The position numbers and the translations under genes were made by a program. 64,000 nucleotides of DNA from Centroscyllium fabricii (taxonomy: Eukaryota), in the NCBI GenBank assembly GCA_051313645.2, contig JBNRSN020000010.1, positions 10,788,001 to 10,852,000 of the forward strand. Reading direction: 5' to 3'. Below are positions 23,677 to 38,169 of the stretch, in pieces. Under the pieces are notes generated by a model, which saw only the letters and a list, made by a program, of their open reading frames with translations, made no database searches and was not told the DNA's origin. Every line of letters begins with the position of its first letter. Positions within the stretch are counted from its first letter, which is position 1.

Positions 23677-24499
23677 GGGCCAGGTTTTCCTCTGTGCAGG
23701 TTAGTGCGTGCGCTAGGACCCTGCGGACACCTATCGCACGCACCAACATCGCACAGAAGCTGCTCCCTGACTTTCCTCCCCATTCCTGCGCTGCGTGGCA
23801 GTCCAGCCACGCTGGGTGCGCAGTGAATGCCCCGCCCACAGATCCCAAATGTAAATAAAAAACGCCCCCAGATCCCCAATTTAAATTTAAAAATGCGCAC
23901 AGATCCCGAGTCGGACCTTTGTGAGAGCAGGGAAGTGCGGTGCTGCACTCACAGACTCGGCGGGGAGCAGCGCGGGCAGAGCAGCTTCTCAGAGGAAGAA
24001 AAGCATGGTAAGTCTGCCATTTTGTCCTCTTAGATTTTTTAATAGCTATATAGTTAAAAATTTCAGAAATTTAACTTTAAAAATTAGCGATGGGAAACAG
24101 GCAAATTAACTTAAAATCGGATTTGTAATTTTTTTTCAAAAACTTTAACTTAAAATTTTAACGCTACCGATCTGGCCACATTACTCCCAAAAACTGTAAA
24201 AAATTAAAATTAAAGTAAAAAAATTAACTTACCTGCTTTAGTAACTAAATCCTGTCCCTCACTCACGAGTTTACTGCTGTTTTTTCTGGGTGCAGCTTGT
24301 GGGCCAGTTGCAGACGGAATCACTCTCCAAAAATCACCCTTCTGGGTGCAACTCACTCCTGCGTTTGATGCTGAGTGCCCTTCTCCCTCAGCAGAGGAAA
24401 TTCTCGTTCGTGGGAATCCCCCGTGCTGCACACCCACGGGGCATTTCGGACCCGCATCCGTGCGTGTGCAGCTCCTCTGGAGCAGATAAAATCTGGCCC
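23677..24499. mobile_element. ~820-bp PIF/Harbinger-type MITE inserted in the satellite
   Basis: TIRs GGGCCAGGTTTT / AAAATCTGGCCC; 3-bp TSD AAT (23674-23676 / 24500-24502); the satellite monomer is restored when the element is removed. Confidence 0.82.
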
Positions 24500-26447
24500 A
24501 ATATAAGTGTATTGATATCACTGGTACATGAGTGGCATGGTCATGTCTAATCTAAGTGTAGCGTTAACACTGGGACAGTAGGGGCGCTGTCACCTCAAGT
24601 GTGAGTGTAGGGGTAACACTGTGACAGAAGGGGCTCGATCAGTTTTTGTGTAAGTGCAACGGTAAAACTGTTAAAGGGGGGGTACCGTCAAATATTTTGT
24701 AAGTGTAGGGGCAAAAGTGGGACATGTGTGGAACCGTCTAATCTCGTGTCAGTATAGCGGTAACCCTCGGACAGGAGTGCTACTGTCACACTGTAAAGCT
24801 GGGACAGGAGCCACACGGTGATATCTAGTGTAACTGTTGAGGAAGCATTGGGACAGGAGGGGCACGGACACATCTAGTGTCAGTTTAGGGGAAGCACTGG
24901 GGAAGGAGCAGCAGCGGCACATCTAGTATCAGTTTTGGGTAGCACTTGGACAGGAGGGGCAAGGTGACATCTAGTGTAAGCGTAGGGATAAAAAATGGGA
25001 CAGCAGTGACACGGTCACAAGCAGTGTCATTATAGTGGTTACACAGTGAGAGCTGGGACACTGTCATATTTCGTGTCAATGTATGGCAGCGCTGGGATTG
25101 GAGGGCCATGTTCACTTCTAACGCAAATGTAGGTATAACACATGGACAGGACGGGCACGGATAAATTGTAGTGTCAGTTGTATAGGGAACACTGGGACAG
25201 GAGGGATTATACACACATATCGTAAATGTATAGGACAAACATAGAGGCAGGAGGGCACTGTCACATCTAGTATATGTTTATGGGTAGCACTGGGGCAGGA
25301 GGGGCATGGAAACATTTAGTATCATTTATGGGGAAGTGCTGGCACAGGAGAGGTATGATCACATCTAGTTTCAGTGTAGGAGATGCTGGGACAGGAGGGT
25401 CAATATCACATCTAGAGAGAGTTTATGGGTAACACTGGGAAGGAGGGGCGCAGTCACATCTATTGTAATAGTAGGGGTAGCACTGGCACAGGAGGGCGAT
25501 GGCCGCATTTTGTTTAAGTATAGGGCAAGCGCTGGCACAGGAGAGGTACCATCACATCTAGTTGCAGTTTAGGGGTAGCTGGAACATGACGGTCAAGATC
25601 ACAACTAGTGACAGTGTATGGTTAAAACTGGGACAAGAGAGGCGCAGTCACATCTAGTGTAATGGTAGGGGTAAAACGGACAGGAGAAACACGGTAAGAT
25701 CTAGTGGCAATGTCGGGTTAACACATGGAGAGGAGGTGCACTGTTACATTTCGTTTCAGTTGGTCACATCTAATGTAAATGTCGGGGTAGCACTGGGACA
25801 GGAGGAGTCCGTTCATATCTAGTTTAAGAGCAGCGGTAACACTGGGTAAGGAGAGGCATAGTTACATCTAGTGCAAGTGTAGGAATAACAATGCGACAGG
25901 AGGGTCATGGTCATATATAGGGTCAGTGGTTTCGTAACACTGGGACAACGGTGGTACGTTCACATCTTGTGCAGATGTAGTGGAAACACTGGTACAGGAG
26001 GGGAACAGTCACACCTGTTGTCTGTATATGTGTTGCACTGCGACAGGAGAGACATGGTCGCATCTACTGCAAGTGTAAGGGAAACACTGGGACAGGAGGG
26101 GCACAGTCACATCTCGTGTGAGTTTAGGGGCCGCACTGGGATAGGATGGACACGGTCACATCTCAATTCAGTGTCGTTTTCCCACTGGGACAGGAAGGGC
26201 ACCTTTATATCTAGTGTCAGTGTAGGTTAAACACTGGGACAGGAAGGGCATGGTCACATCTTGTGTTATTGTAATGGTAACACATGGACAGGATGGGTAC
26301 AGTCACATCTAGTGAAGTTGTCGGTGTAGCACTGGGAGAATAGATGAACCGTCACATATAGTGTATGTGTAGGGGTAGCACAGGGACAGGAGTGGCACGG
26401 TCACATGTAGAATATTTTTAGGGGCAGCACTGCGACAGGAGGGACAT

Positions 26448-27590
26448 ATATCAGAGATACATATATCAGAATGCTGTTTATTGACTACAGCTCAGCATTC
26501 AACACCATCGTCCCCAGCAAATTGTCTACCAAACTCCTCACCCTCGGCCTGAACACCTCCCTCTGCAACTGGACCCTGGACTTCCTAACCAACAGACCAC
26601 AGTCTGTGAAGTTAGGCAACCTCACCTCCCCCCCCTTACCCTGAACACGGGGGCCCCACAAGGTTGTGTGCTCAGCCCCCTCCTCTACTCCCTCTTCACT
26701 CACGACTGTGCGGCTTTCCATGGCTCCAACACGATCATCAAGTTCGCGGATGACACCACGGTGGTTGGCCAGATCACCAACAACGACGACTCAGCCTACA
26801 GGGATGAGATCCAGTACCTTGTGGGTTGGTGTGCCGACAACAACCTGGCACTGAACACCAAGAAAACGAAGGAGATCATAGTGGACTTCCGGAGGACTGG
26901 AAGCAGAAGACACACACCCATCTTCATCCAAGGGGCTGAGGTGGAAAGGGTGTCCAGCTTCAAGTTCCTCGGGGTCCACATCTCGGAAGATCTCTCCTGG
27001 TCACTAAACACCTCCTCTCTGGTTAAGAAGGCCCAACAGCGCCTGTACTTCCTTAGGAAGCTGAAGAAAGCCAGGCTGTCATCCGGCATCCTCTCCAACT
27101 TCTACCGCTGCACAATAGAAAGCATACTGACAAGCTGCATCACTGTCTGGTATGGTAATTGCACTATCTCGGACCGGAAAACCCTGCAGCGGGTAGTCAA
27201 AACTGCCCAACGAATTACCGGTACACAGCTACCGTCAGTGGAAAGCACCTACCTCAAACGCTGCTTACGGAGGTCTATGAACATTATAAAAGACCCCACA
27301 CACCCCAGCCACAGTCTGTTCGCCCCTCTGCCCTCCGGGAGACGCTACAGAGCAATTTGCACCCGCACGACTAGATTTCAGAACAGCTTCTTCCCCAGGG
27401 CTGTCAGCCTCCTGAACTCTAAAAAGAAACTCCGGTACCTGCACGCCTGATAATGAACTTTACTGTATGCAATTTATTTATGTAATTTATTTCTTTTGTC
27501 TACACTACTCTGGGGAGAGTCGAGTCTTTGTCTCGTTGTATTGTACTAGTACTCTGCAATGACAATAAAACTTGAATTGAGTTGAATTGA
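26448..27590 (+). mobile_element. Rex1/Babar-type LINE 3' fragment
   Basis: [63 protein letters not shown]; one frameshift in a C-run at ~26630; AATAAA plus (TTGAA)n tail. Confidence 0.9.
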
Positions 27591-29344
27591 ACATGGTCAA
27601 ATCTAGTATCAGTTTAGATGTCGCACTGTTAGAAGAGGGCCTCTGTCACATCTAGTGTAAAGGTAGGAGTAGCACTCGGAAGGGAGTGGCACGGTAACAG
27701 CTAGTGAAAGCTTAGCGATAAGGTTGGGACAGGAGGGGCAATGTCACATGTTGTGAAAGTGTATCGATAGCCCTGGGAGTGGAATGCCTCGTAAACATCT
27801 TCTGTAAATGTTGGGCTAGCACTGGGACAGGATGTGTACATTCACACCTTGTGACAGTCTAGGGCTAATGCTGGGACAGAATGTTACGGTAACAACTTGT
27901 GACATTGTAGGGGTCACACATGGAGAGAATGGGTACAATCACATCTAGTGTAAATGTAGTTGTAGCACTAGGACCGGAGGTGCACTGTCAAATCAAGTGT
28001 CAGTTTATGAGTAGCAAAGGGACAGGAGTGGCACGTTCAGATGTAGTGTAATTGTAGGGGCAACACTGAGACAGGACGGACACGGTCACATCTAGTATCA
28101 GTGTAGATGTCGCACTGGGCGAGGGTGACCTCCGTCACATCTAGTGTAAAGGTAGGCGTAGCACTGGGAAGGGAGGGGCACGGTAATAACTATTCTAATT
28201 ATGTGGTAACGCTGGGACTGGAGGGGCAATGAAACATGTAGTGACAGTGTATCGATAGCCCTGGCACTGGAGGGCGTCACTCACAGTTAGTGTAAATGTT
28301 GGGGTAGCACTGGGACAGGAGATGCTCGTTCACGCCTTGTGTCAGTCTAGGGGTAAGGCTGTGGCAGGAGGGGCACGGCCACATCTAATGTAAATGTCGG
28401 GGTAGCACTTGGACAGGAAGGTTACATTCAGATCTAGTATCACTGCATAGGTAACACTGGGGCAGGAGTGGTAGGGTCTCATCTTGTTTCATTGTACGGA
28501 AAAACACGAACAGGAAGGGTACGCTCAAATCTACTGCAAGGGTACGATTGCCTCTGGGGCAGGTGAGAACGGTTATATCAAGTGTACATGCAGGGGTAGC
28601 ACTGGGACAGGAGGGGTACAGTCACATCTAGAGTCAGTGTACCGATAACACATGAATGGGAGAGGCACCATCACCTCTATTGCAACGGCACTCTATACAC
28701 TGGGCCAGGCGAGGCACGGCCTCATCTATTGTAAGTGTCGCTTTAATACTGGGGCAGGAGGGGCAATGTCATATTTTGTGTCTGATTATGGGTAGCACTA
28801 AACAGGACTTGCATGGTCATATCTAGTGTACGTGTAGGGGTATCAGTGACAGAGTTGAGTCACGATCTCATTTATTGTGACTGTAGCTTCAACACTGGGA
28901 AATAAGGTGTACAGGTCACTTCTAGTTTGACTGTCGGTGTAAAACTGGTAAATGAGGGGCAAGGTCACATCAAGTGTAAGTGTATGTTTTGCACACGGAC
29001 GGGAGAGTCATGGTCCGATCTAGTGTAAATTTAGGGGTAGTGCTGGGAAAGTTGGAAAATCTTCAAAACTTACTTCCGTGTAGGTGTAGCACGAGAATAG
29101 GATGGGCAACTAGTATCAGTGTCGCATTATCACTGGGAGAGCAATGGCAAAGTCACATCAAGTGTAATAGTAGGGGTAAAACTGGGATATGTGGGACACG
29201 TTACCATCCTTTTTCAGTGCACGAATAGCACTGAGACAGGAGGGAAGCGGTCACATCTTGTATCAGTGTAGGGTCAACACTGGAACAGGAGGAACATCGA
29301 CACATCCACTGTTAGTGTAGGGGTATCTCTGCGACTGGAGGGCC

Positions 29345-29604
29345 TCAGTCCAAAGATGTGCGGGTTAGGTTGATTGGCCATGATAAATTGACCCTTAGTG
29401 TTAGGGGAATTGAACATGTGGGGTTACGGGGATAGGTTGGGATATATGTCGGTGCAGGCACAATAGGTATCGCGGGATATGGGGACAGGGCAGGGACAGG
29501 GTGTTGGGTTTGGATGATCAGCCATGATCTCATTGAATGGCGGAGCAGGCTCGAAGGGCCGAATGGCCTACTCCTGCTCCTATCTTCTATGTTTCTATGT
29601 TTCT
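29345..29604 (+). mobile_element. HE1-type SINE, 5'-truncated
   Basis: Highly similar to the 3' half of 23093-23494; (TTTCTATG)n tail. Confidence 0.88.
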
Positions 29605-31886
29605 ACATCTGGTTTAAATGTAGGTGTAACACTGGGACAGGAGAGGGCTCTGTCAATCTAGTGTAATTGTAGGCGTAACACAGGTAGAGAAGGGGCGAAA
29701 TCACATTTTATGTCAGTGCATGTGTAGCGCTGGGACGGGAGGGCATCTGTCACATCTAGTGTAAATATAGGTTTGCAATGGCTCAGGAGAGGTACAATCA
29801 CATCTGGTGTAATGGTAGTTTAACAATGGGACAGGACTGTTATGGTCATATCTAGTGTTAATGTTGTGGTATCTCTTTGAGAGGAGGGGTACGGTCAAAA
29901 CTCGTGTCAGTGTTGGGGTATCACTGGGACAGGAGGGCCTCTGTCACATTTAGTGTAAATATAGGGGTTGCGCAGAGATTCGACGAGAACGGCCACATCT
30001 AGTGTAAATGTAGGTGTAACACTGAGACCGCAAGGGCACGAACACTTCCAGTGTCATTGCAGGGGTACAATTGGGCTGTGAGGGCCTCGGCCACATCTAG
30101 TGTAAATATAGGGTTACAAATGGGATAGGAGTGGCATGTTCATATATCTTGTCAGTGTATGGGTAAGACTTGAACTGTAGAATCTCAGTCACAGTTAATG
30201 TAATTGCAAGGGTAACACTGGATCAAGAATGGCACTGTCATATTTCGTGCCTGTGTATAGGTAGCACTAAACAGGATTGTTATGTTCACATATAGTGTAC
30301 CTTTAGTTGTAGCACAGGAATAGCTGGGGAATGGTCAGATCTAGTGTAAGCGTAGGACTAACATTAAGGCAGGAGGGCATGCTTAAACCTAACCTATGTT
30401 TATGGATAGTACTGGGACAGGATGAGGAGCTCATATCTAGTTTAACAGTGGGAAAGTGGAGGCACAGTTACATCTACTGTAAGTGTAGGATTATCAATCC
30501 GACAGAAGGTACATGATCATATCTAGGATCAGTGGAGGGGAAACGCTGGGACAGGTGTGGCACGGTCACAGCAAGTGCACTTGTAGTGGTGTCACTGGTT
30601 CAGGTGTGGCATTGTCACATTTCGTGTCTGTGTATGGGTAGCACTGCGACAGGAGATACATGGCCACATCTAGTGTAAGTTTAAGGGTAGCACTGGGACA
30701 GTAGGGACACGGTTAGGTAGAATATGAGTGTAGGGGATGCCCTGGGACAGGATGGGCAATGTCAAAACTCATGTCAGTGTAGGGGTTCCTCTGGGAGAGG
30801 AGGGACACGATCACATCTAGTATATGGGTAGGGGTAGCAATGGGACACGAGGGGCACATTCACATCTAGTATGAGCGTATGGGTAGCACTGGGACTAGAT
30901 GGGAATGGTCAAATCTATTGTCAGTGTAGGGTTCTCACATGGGACAGGAGAGACACGGTTACATCTAGTTTCAATGTAGGCGAAACACTGGGACAGGAGG
31001 GGTTGTTCACATACTGAGTCAGTGTAGGGGTAACACTTGGACAGGAGGGGCATAGTCACATCTAGTGTAAATGGAGGGGTAGCAGAGGGAGGTGCACTGT
31101 CACATATAGTGAAAAGTTAGGGATAGCACAGGGAAAGGAATGGTACGTTCACATATAGTGTAATAATAGGTGCAGCACTGCGACAGCAGGGATACGGTAA
31201 ATCTGGTATCAGTGTACGTGTCGCACGGGGCCAGAAGAAACTCAGTCACATCTAATGTATATGTATTTGTGGCACTGAGACAGGAGGGGCACAGTAACAT
31301 CTTGTGTATGTTTCGGTGTAATGCTGGGACAGGAGGGGCACTGTCACATGTCCTGACTGCATCTGGGTAGCCCTGGGACTGGAGGGCCTCGTTCACATCT
31401 AGTTTAAATGTTGGTGTAGCACTGGGATAGGAGGGGCTCATTCACATCTTGTGTCATGTTATGTGTAATGCTGGGAGAGGAGGGGCACGGTCGAATCTAA
31501 TGTAACTGTGGTGGTAGCACTTGGACAGGAAGGCTACAGTCAGATCTAGTATCAGTGTATGGGTAACACTGGGGCAGGAGATGTACGGACTCTTCTTGTT
31601 TCAGAGAGGTGGGAAAACTTGAACAGGAGGTGTACGCTCACAGTCTAAGCGTAGGAGCATCACTGGGACAGCAGGACACCTGCCATATCTAATGCACGAT
31701 TAGGGTGGCACTGGGACAGTAGGGGTACCGTCACGTCCAGATTCATCGCAGGGATAGCACAGGGACGGGAGAGGCACCCTCACATCTAGTGTAAGTGTAC
31801 AGTTTACACTGGGACAGGCGAGGCAGGGCCTCATCTATCGTAAGTGTAGCTCCAACACAGGGACAGTTGGGACACGGTCACATTTA

Positions 31887-34293
31887 TCATAGAATCATAG
31901 AATCATAGAAACTTTACAGTGCGGATAAAGGCCATTCGGCCCATCCAGTCCGCACCGGCCCAGGAAACTCCTCACTATACTAACCCCATTTGCGTGCACC
32001 TGGCCCATAACCCTGTATGTTACGGTCCTTCATGTGCTGGTCCAAATATTTTTTAAATGTTGCGATGGTTTCTGCCTCCACCACCCTTACAGGCAGGGAG
32101 TTCCACACTTCCACCACCCTCTGAGTAAAGAAATTTCTCCTTACCTCCCCCCTAAACCTCCCCCCCTAATCTTGAATCTATGTCCCCTAGTACTTGACTC
32201 TCCCACCAAGGGAAACAATGCCCCTTTATCCACCCTATCGTGTCCTCTCATGATCCTGTACACCTCAATCATGTCACCCCTCAATCTTCTCTTCTCCAAG
32301 GCAAACAACCCCAGCCTGTCCAGCCTTTCCTCGTAGCATAAGTCCCCCAGACCAGGTATCATCCTGGTAAACCTTCTCTGCACCCTCTCCAGGGCAACCA
32401 CATCCTTCCTGAAGTGCGGTGACCAGAACTGCACACAGTACTCCAGCTGAGGTCTCACCAGCGTGTTATACAAGTTTAACATTACCTCCCTAATTTTGTA
32501 TACTATGCCCTGGTTAATAAAGGCCAGAATTCCGTATGCCTTCTTAACCACCTTGTTTACGTGTCCAGCAACCTTCAGGGAGCTGTGCACCTGTACCCCA
32601 AGGTCCCTCTGTTCCTCGGTCCTACCTAACGTTTTTTTGTTCATGGTATATTCCCTTACCCCATTTGGTCTGCCGAATTGTATGACCTCGCATTTCTCTG
32701 GGTTGAACTCCATTTGCCATTTTTCTGCCCAACTAACCATTACATTTATATCTTCCTGGAGCCTTTTACTATCTTCATCGTTATTTACCACCCTTCCAAT
32801 TTTCGTATCATCAGCAAATTTGCTGATCGTACCCCCTACTTCCATGTCCAAATCATTGATGTATACTAGAAACAGTAAGGGTCCCAAAACCGATCCTTGG
32901 GGGACACCGCTGGTTACTGGTTTCCAGTCACAGAAGCAGCCCTCTACCATTACCCTTTGTCTCCTATCCCCCAGCCAATTTTGAATCCACTGTGCCAAGT
33001 TGCCCTGTATCCCATGTGCTTTAACCTTTGTTATTAGTCTCCTATGTGGGACTTTATCAAAAGCCTTGCTGAAGTCCATATACACCACGTCAACCGTACT
33101 CCCTTCATCCACCCTCTTTGTTACCTCTTCAAAAAATTCCAAGAGATTAGTTAGGCACGACTTACCTTTGACGAAGCCATGTTGACTATCCCTTATCAGA
33201 CCCTGCTTTTCCAAATGCAGACTGATTTTGTCCCTCAGAATTTTTTCCTTTACTTTCCCCACTACAGATGTAAGACTGATTGGCCTATAGTTACCCGGTT
33301 TGTCCCTACTACCCTTTTTAAACAGGGGTACTACATTAGCCGTTCTCCAGTCCTCGGGTACATCCCCTGACGCGAGAGAGGACCTGAAAATTTGAGACAG
33401 GGGGCCCGCAAGCTCTTCCCTGGCCTCGAACAGCAGCCTGGGGAACATCGCGTCCAGCCCTGGTGATTTGTCTACCTTTAAGCTTCCCAAGATTTCTAGT
33501 ACTTCTTCCCTTGTAATGGTAATATCCTCAATTACCCCCCCTACACTCTGTCCGATTACGATGTCGGTTCCGTCCCTCTCTCTTGTGAATACTGAAGAGA
33601 AAAATTCGTTTAGTACCTCCCCCACCGCCTCGGGCTCGACGCACAGCTTTCCGCTATCGTCCTTAATGGGCCCCACTCATTCCCTCGTGATCCTTTTGTT
33701 TTTTATATAACTGTAAAATGCCTTAGGGTTATCCTTGATTTTGCCGGCCATTGCAATCTCATGACCCCTCTTGGCTTTTCTTATCTCCTTCTTTAATTCC
33801 CCCCTATACTTCTTATACTCCCCTAGCGCCTCCTCAGTTTTTAGCCGTTTATATTCATTGAAGGCCCCCCTTTTTTTCTTCATTAATTTACATATATCCC
33901 TAGACATCCAAGGTTCCCTTTGTTTACCTCCCCCGCCCTTGATTTTTGCAGGAACATGTTCCTCCTGTATCTTCCCGACCTTCCCTCTGAAGGCCTCCCA
34001 CTGCTCTGATGCAGATCTTCCTCTGAGAAGATGGCCCCAGTCTACTGTGGCTACATCGCGCCTAATTTTAATGAAATCCGCCTTCCCCCAGTTTAGTACT
34101 TTTACCCCTGGTCCATTTTTATCCTTCTCCATTACAATCTTGAAACTAACTGAATTGTGGTCGCTATCCCCGAAGTGCTCCCCCACTGTTACCTCCTCTA
34201 TCTGCCCGTCTTCGTTCCCAAGTATTAGGTCTAGTACCCCCCCCCCCCCTTGTAGGTGACCCAACATATTGCTTCAAAAAACTCTCTTGGCTG
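31887..34293 (-). mobile_element. CR1 LINE, 5'-truncated, young
   Basis: ORFs 33677..34267 and 32141..33676 are in one frame separated by a single TGA; EN tail LDLILGN..GDSDH and full RT (GVPQGSVLGP, KFADDTK); (TTCTATGA)n tail; CATTTA at both junctions. Confidence 0.95.
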
Positions 34294-37200
34294 CATTTAG
34301 TGTAAATGTAGCTTCACACAGGGACAGGAGGGGCATAATTCATATCTAGTGTGATTGTCGGTGTAACACTGGGAAATTAGGTCATATCCAGTGTAAGTTT
34401 ATGTGTAGCACAGGGACAGGGTGGGCATGCTCATATCTCGTGTAAGTGTAGATGTAACGCTTTCAAAGGTGGGTTACGTTCACATCTAGTTTCATTGTAG
34501 GGGTAGTATGGGAGAGGTGAGTCAATGTCATTTATATTGTCAGTTTTGGGTTAATGCTCCGTCAGGAGGGGCACAGTCAGATCTACTGCACTAGTAGGGG
34601 TAAAACCTGGACATGTGTGGCACGGTAGCTTCTTTTCGTAGAATAGGGGTAGCACTGGGCCAGCAGAAAAGGAGGTTACATCTTGTGTCAGTGTAGTGTT
34701 AACACTGTGACAGAAGGGACATTATCACCTAGAGTGTCAGTGTAGGTGTAACACTGGAACTGGAAGGCCTCGGTTGCATCTAGTGTACATGTGGTTGTGA
34801 CAGTGGGACAGGTGGGAAACGGTCACATCTAACTCAGTGCAGTGGTAACACTGGGGCAGGAGGGGGATGGTCACACGATTTTTAAGTGCAGAGGTAACAC
34901 ATAGACCGGAGGGGCACTGTCAAATTTCATCTGGGTCAAATCTGGTGTAAATGTATGGGTAGCACTGGGACAGGAGGGGCATAATCACATCTATTGTCTG
35001 TGTAGGGTAACACTGTGAGAGGTGATCCATGGTCACATCTATTGTAAGTGTAGTAGTAGCATTGGGACAGGAGCGGTATTATCACATCTAGTGTCAGTGC
35101 AGTGGTAACACTGGGACAGGAGGGTGTCGGTCACATCTGGTGTAAATAAAGGTGTGCCACTGGGATAGGAGGTGCATGACCACATCTAGTATCAATATAG
35201 GGGTAACACTGGGACAGGAGGGACACCGTCACATCCAGTGTCAGTGTACTGGTATCAATGAGACTGGAGGGCCTCGGTCAAATCTAGTCTAAATGTAGGA
35301 ATGACAATGAGACACGGTCTGTAGGGATACTATTGGGACTCGAGGGCCTCGGTCAAATCTAGTGTAAATATTTTATTAGTACTGGGATAGGAGCGCACGT
35401 TCACATCTAGTTTCAGTGTAGGGTTAGCAATGGGACAGAATGGACATAGTCATATCTTGTGTACATATAGGAGTAGCTCTGAAAAAGTAAGGGGACGGTC
35501 TAATCTAATGCCAGTTTAGTGGCAGCACTGGGACAGGAGGGTCAAGGTTATAATTTTAGGGTCACATCTAGTACCAGTGCAGGGATAACACTGATAGAGG
35601 AGTGACACAGTCACAAGTAGTGTAATAAAAGGGCTAAAGCTAGGACGTGTGAGACACGGTAATATCTATTGTCAGTGTAGGCGTAGCACTGGGAGAGTCG
35701 GAACACGGTCATATCCTGTGTCAGTGCACTCGGACAGGAGGGACATCGTGACAATCAATGTCACTGTAGTGGTAGCACTGGGACTGGACGGCCTCGGGCT
35801 CATCTAGTGTAATTGTATGCGTAGCACTGCGTCAGGAGGGATACATTCACATGTAGGTCAGTGTAGGGGTAACACTGAGACAAAAAGGGCACGGTCACAT
35901 CTAATGTCAGCGTGGCGATCACACTAGGACAGGAGGGGCACGATCTCAATTAGTGTAATTGTATAGGTAAAACTTGTACAGGAGGAGCATTGTCAGATTT
36001 CCTGTCTGTGTAGGTTTAGCAATTGGACAGGCGTGCCTCGGCTACATCTAGTGTAAATATAAGGGTAGCACTGCGTTTGGAGAGGCACATTCACATCTAG
36101 TGTCAGTGTAGGTGTATTACTGGTACAGGAGGGAAACGGTCATTTCCCGTGTCAGTGTAGGGGTAGCACTGAGACAGGAGGGGCACGGTCAAATATACTG
36201 TAAGTGTACGTGTAACACTAGGATAGGCACGAAGTTATTGTATGGGTAGCACTGGGACTGGAGGACTTCGTTCACATCTAGTGTAAATGTTGGGGCAGCA
36301 CTGGGACAGGAGGTGCACGTTCATATCTAGTATCAGTGTAGGAGTATCACTGGGAGAGGAGGAGAAGGGTCCCATCTTGAGTAAGTGTAGGTGTAGCACT
36401 GAGAAAGGATGGAAACGGACAAATCTAGTGTAAGCGTAGGGGTAACACTGGGGCAGGAGAAGAACGGACATATCTAGTGTTAGTTTAGGGGTAGCACTGC
36501 GACAGGAGGGGCACCATCACATCTACATTTAGTGCAGGGAAAACACTGGGACGGGAGACGATCCATCAAATATACTGTAAGTATAGTATTTGCACTTGGA
36601 CAGGCGAGGCACGGTCTCCTCTAATGTAAGTGGAGCTTCAACAGTTGCACATTAGTGGCAAGTTCACATCTAGTGTACGTGTAGGGGTAACAGTGGAACA
36701 GGAGGGGCAGTGTCATGTCTCGTGTCTGTGCATGGTTAGAAGTAAACAGGAGTTGAATGGTCACATCTAGTGTACATTTCGGTCTATGGCTTGGAACGGT
36801 GGGATACGATCAAAACTAATGTAGCTTTAGGGGTAACACTGGGAAAGCAGGGGCACATGTCTCATCTAATGTGTGTATAGGGGTAACACTGGGAAATGAG
36901 GGGCAAACACATATCAAGTTTAAGTGTATCTGTAGCATAGGGACAGTCTGGGCAAGGTCTTATAAAATGGCAGTGAATGGGTAACAATGGACCAGGAGTG
37001 GCACGGTCAAATCTAGCTTCAGTAGCTGGGTAAAAATGGGACAGGACTGGTACGGTCAAACCTAGTGACAGTGTAGGGTAACACTGGGACTTATGGGGCA
37101 CAGTCAAATCTAGTGCAATAGTTGGGGTAAAATTGGGACATGTGAGACACGGTAACAACTTTTTTCATTGTTGGGATAGCACTTGGACAGGAAGGACAAT

Positions 37201-38169
37201 GTCACATCTTTTGGAAGTGTAGTTTTACCACTGGGACAGGAGGGGCATGGTCACATTTACTGTAAGTGTAGCCATATGGCAGCACTGCTGCAGGAGGTAC
37301 ATGGTCACAACTACTGTATTTGCAGTGGTTAAACTGGAACAGAAGTGACACGGTCACATACAGTGTCAGTTTAGTGCTGTCACTGGGACAGGAGGGACCC
37401 GGTCACAACTTCTGTCAGTGTATGCTTAACACTGCGACAGGATGAGCATGGTCACGTCTAATGTCAGTTTACGGGTAGCACACGGAAAAGAGGGAAATGG
37501 TCACATAATTTGTCAGTGTAGGGGTAACACTGGGACAGGAGGGACACCATGACATCTGGTGTCAATGCAGCTCTACAATGGGAGGGGCAAGTTTACATCC
37601 AGTGCCAGTGTAGGGTTAGCACTGGGACTGGAAAGGCACGGTCACATCAATGTAAGTGTAGTCATAGAACTGGCGCAGGAGAGGGACCGTCACATTTAAT
37701 GTAAAGGTCGAGGTACTAATGTGCAGGACGGGCTCACGCACACTTAGAGTATGAGCGCTCTTCCACTTATACCGGAGGAGCAGTCTCGATAGTAGTGTTC
37801 TTGTAGTGCTACCACTATTACTATTGCAGCACGTTTAACTCCAGTATAGGCATTGCAGGAGTATCTGAGGTGCACGGGCACATATAGTATAAGTGCATTT
37901 TGCCAGTATTCCAGGGAGGGGTGGATGTTACTCAAATCTAAATGTTGGGTACCACTAGTACGGCAGGAGCACTGTCACCTCTACTGCTGCCAGACTGGGG
38001 TCATCACCATTATTGAAATATTTGTTTTGCCGTATGTTCTGTGGGAGTTGTTGCTCTAGGAGTGAATCAAGGGCAGGGTCATGGCAATCATTGCCTGGGT
38101 TGCTGCCTTCACCAGGTCTGTGGGATTAGTGGCATCACTAGTACTGCTCGATTGCACTTCCTACTGGTT

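Larger units (their letters stand above)
22765..37990 (+). repeat. ~15-kb array of a 49-bp tandem repeat, containing inserted elements
   Basis: Consensus GGTCACATCTAGTGTCAGTGTAGGGGTAACACTGGGACAGGAGGGGCAC; period 49 (e.g. CACATCTAG at 22832 and 22881); diverged monomers. Confidence 0.95.

Noticed and set aside
33677-33679. Programmed read-through between the two CR1 ORFs
   Set aside because: Single nonsense change at a position that is sense in the intact CR1 (RESLGP); the copy is truncated and has homopolymer frameshifts
22765-37990. CRISPR-like array or repetitive coding gene
   Set aside because: Contiguous diverged monomers with no unique spacers, no cas genes and a eukaryotic context; the short ORFs are by-products of the repeat
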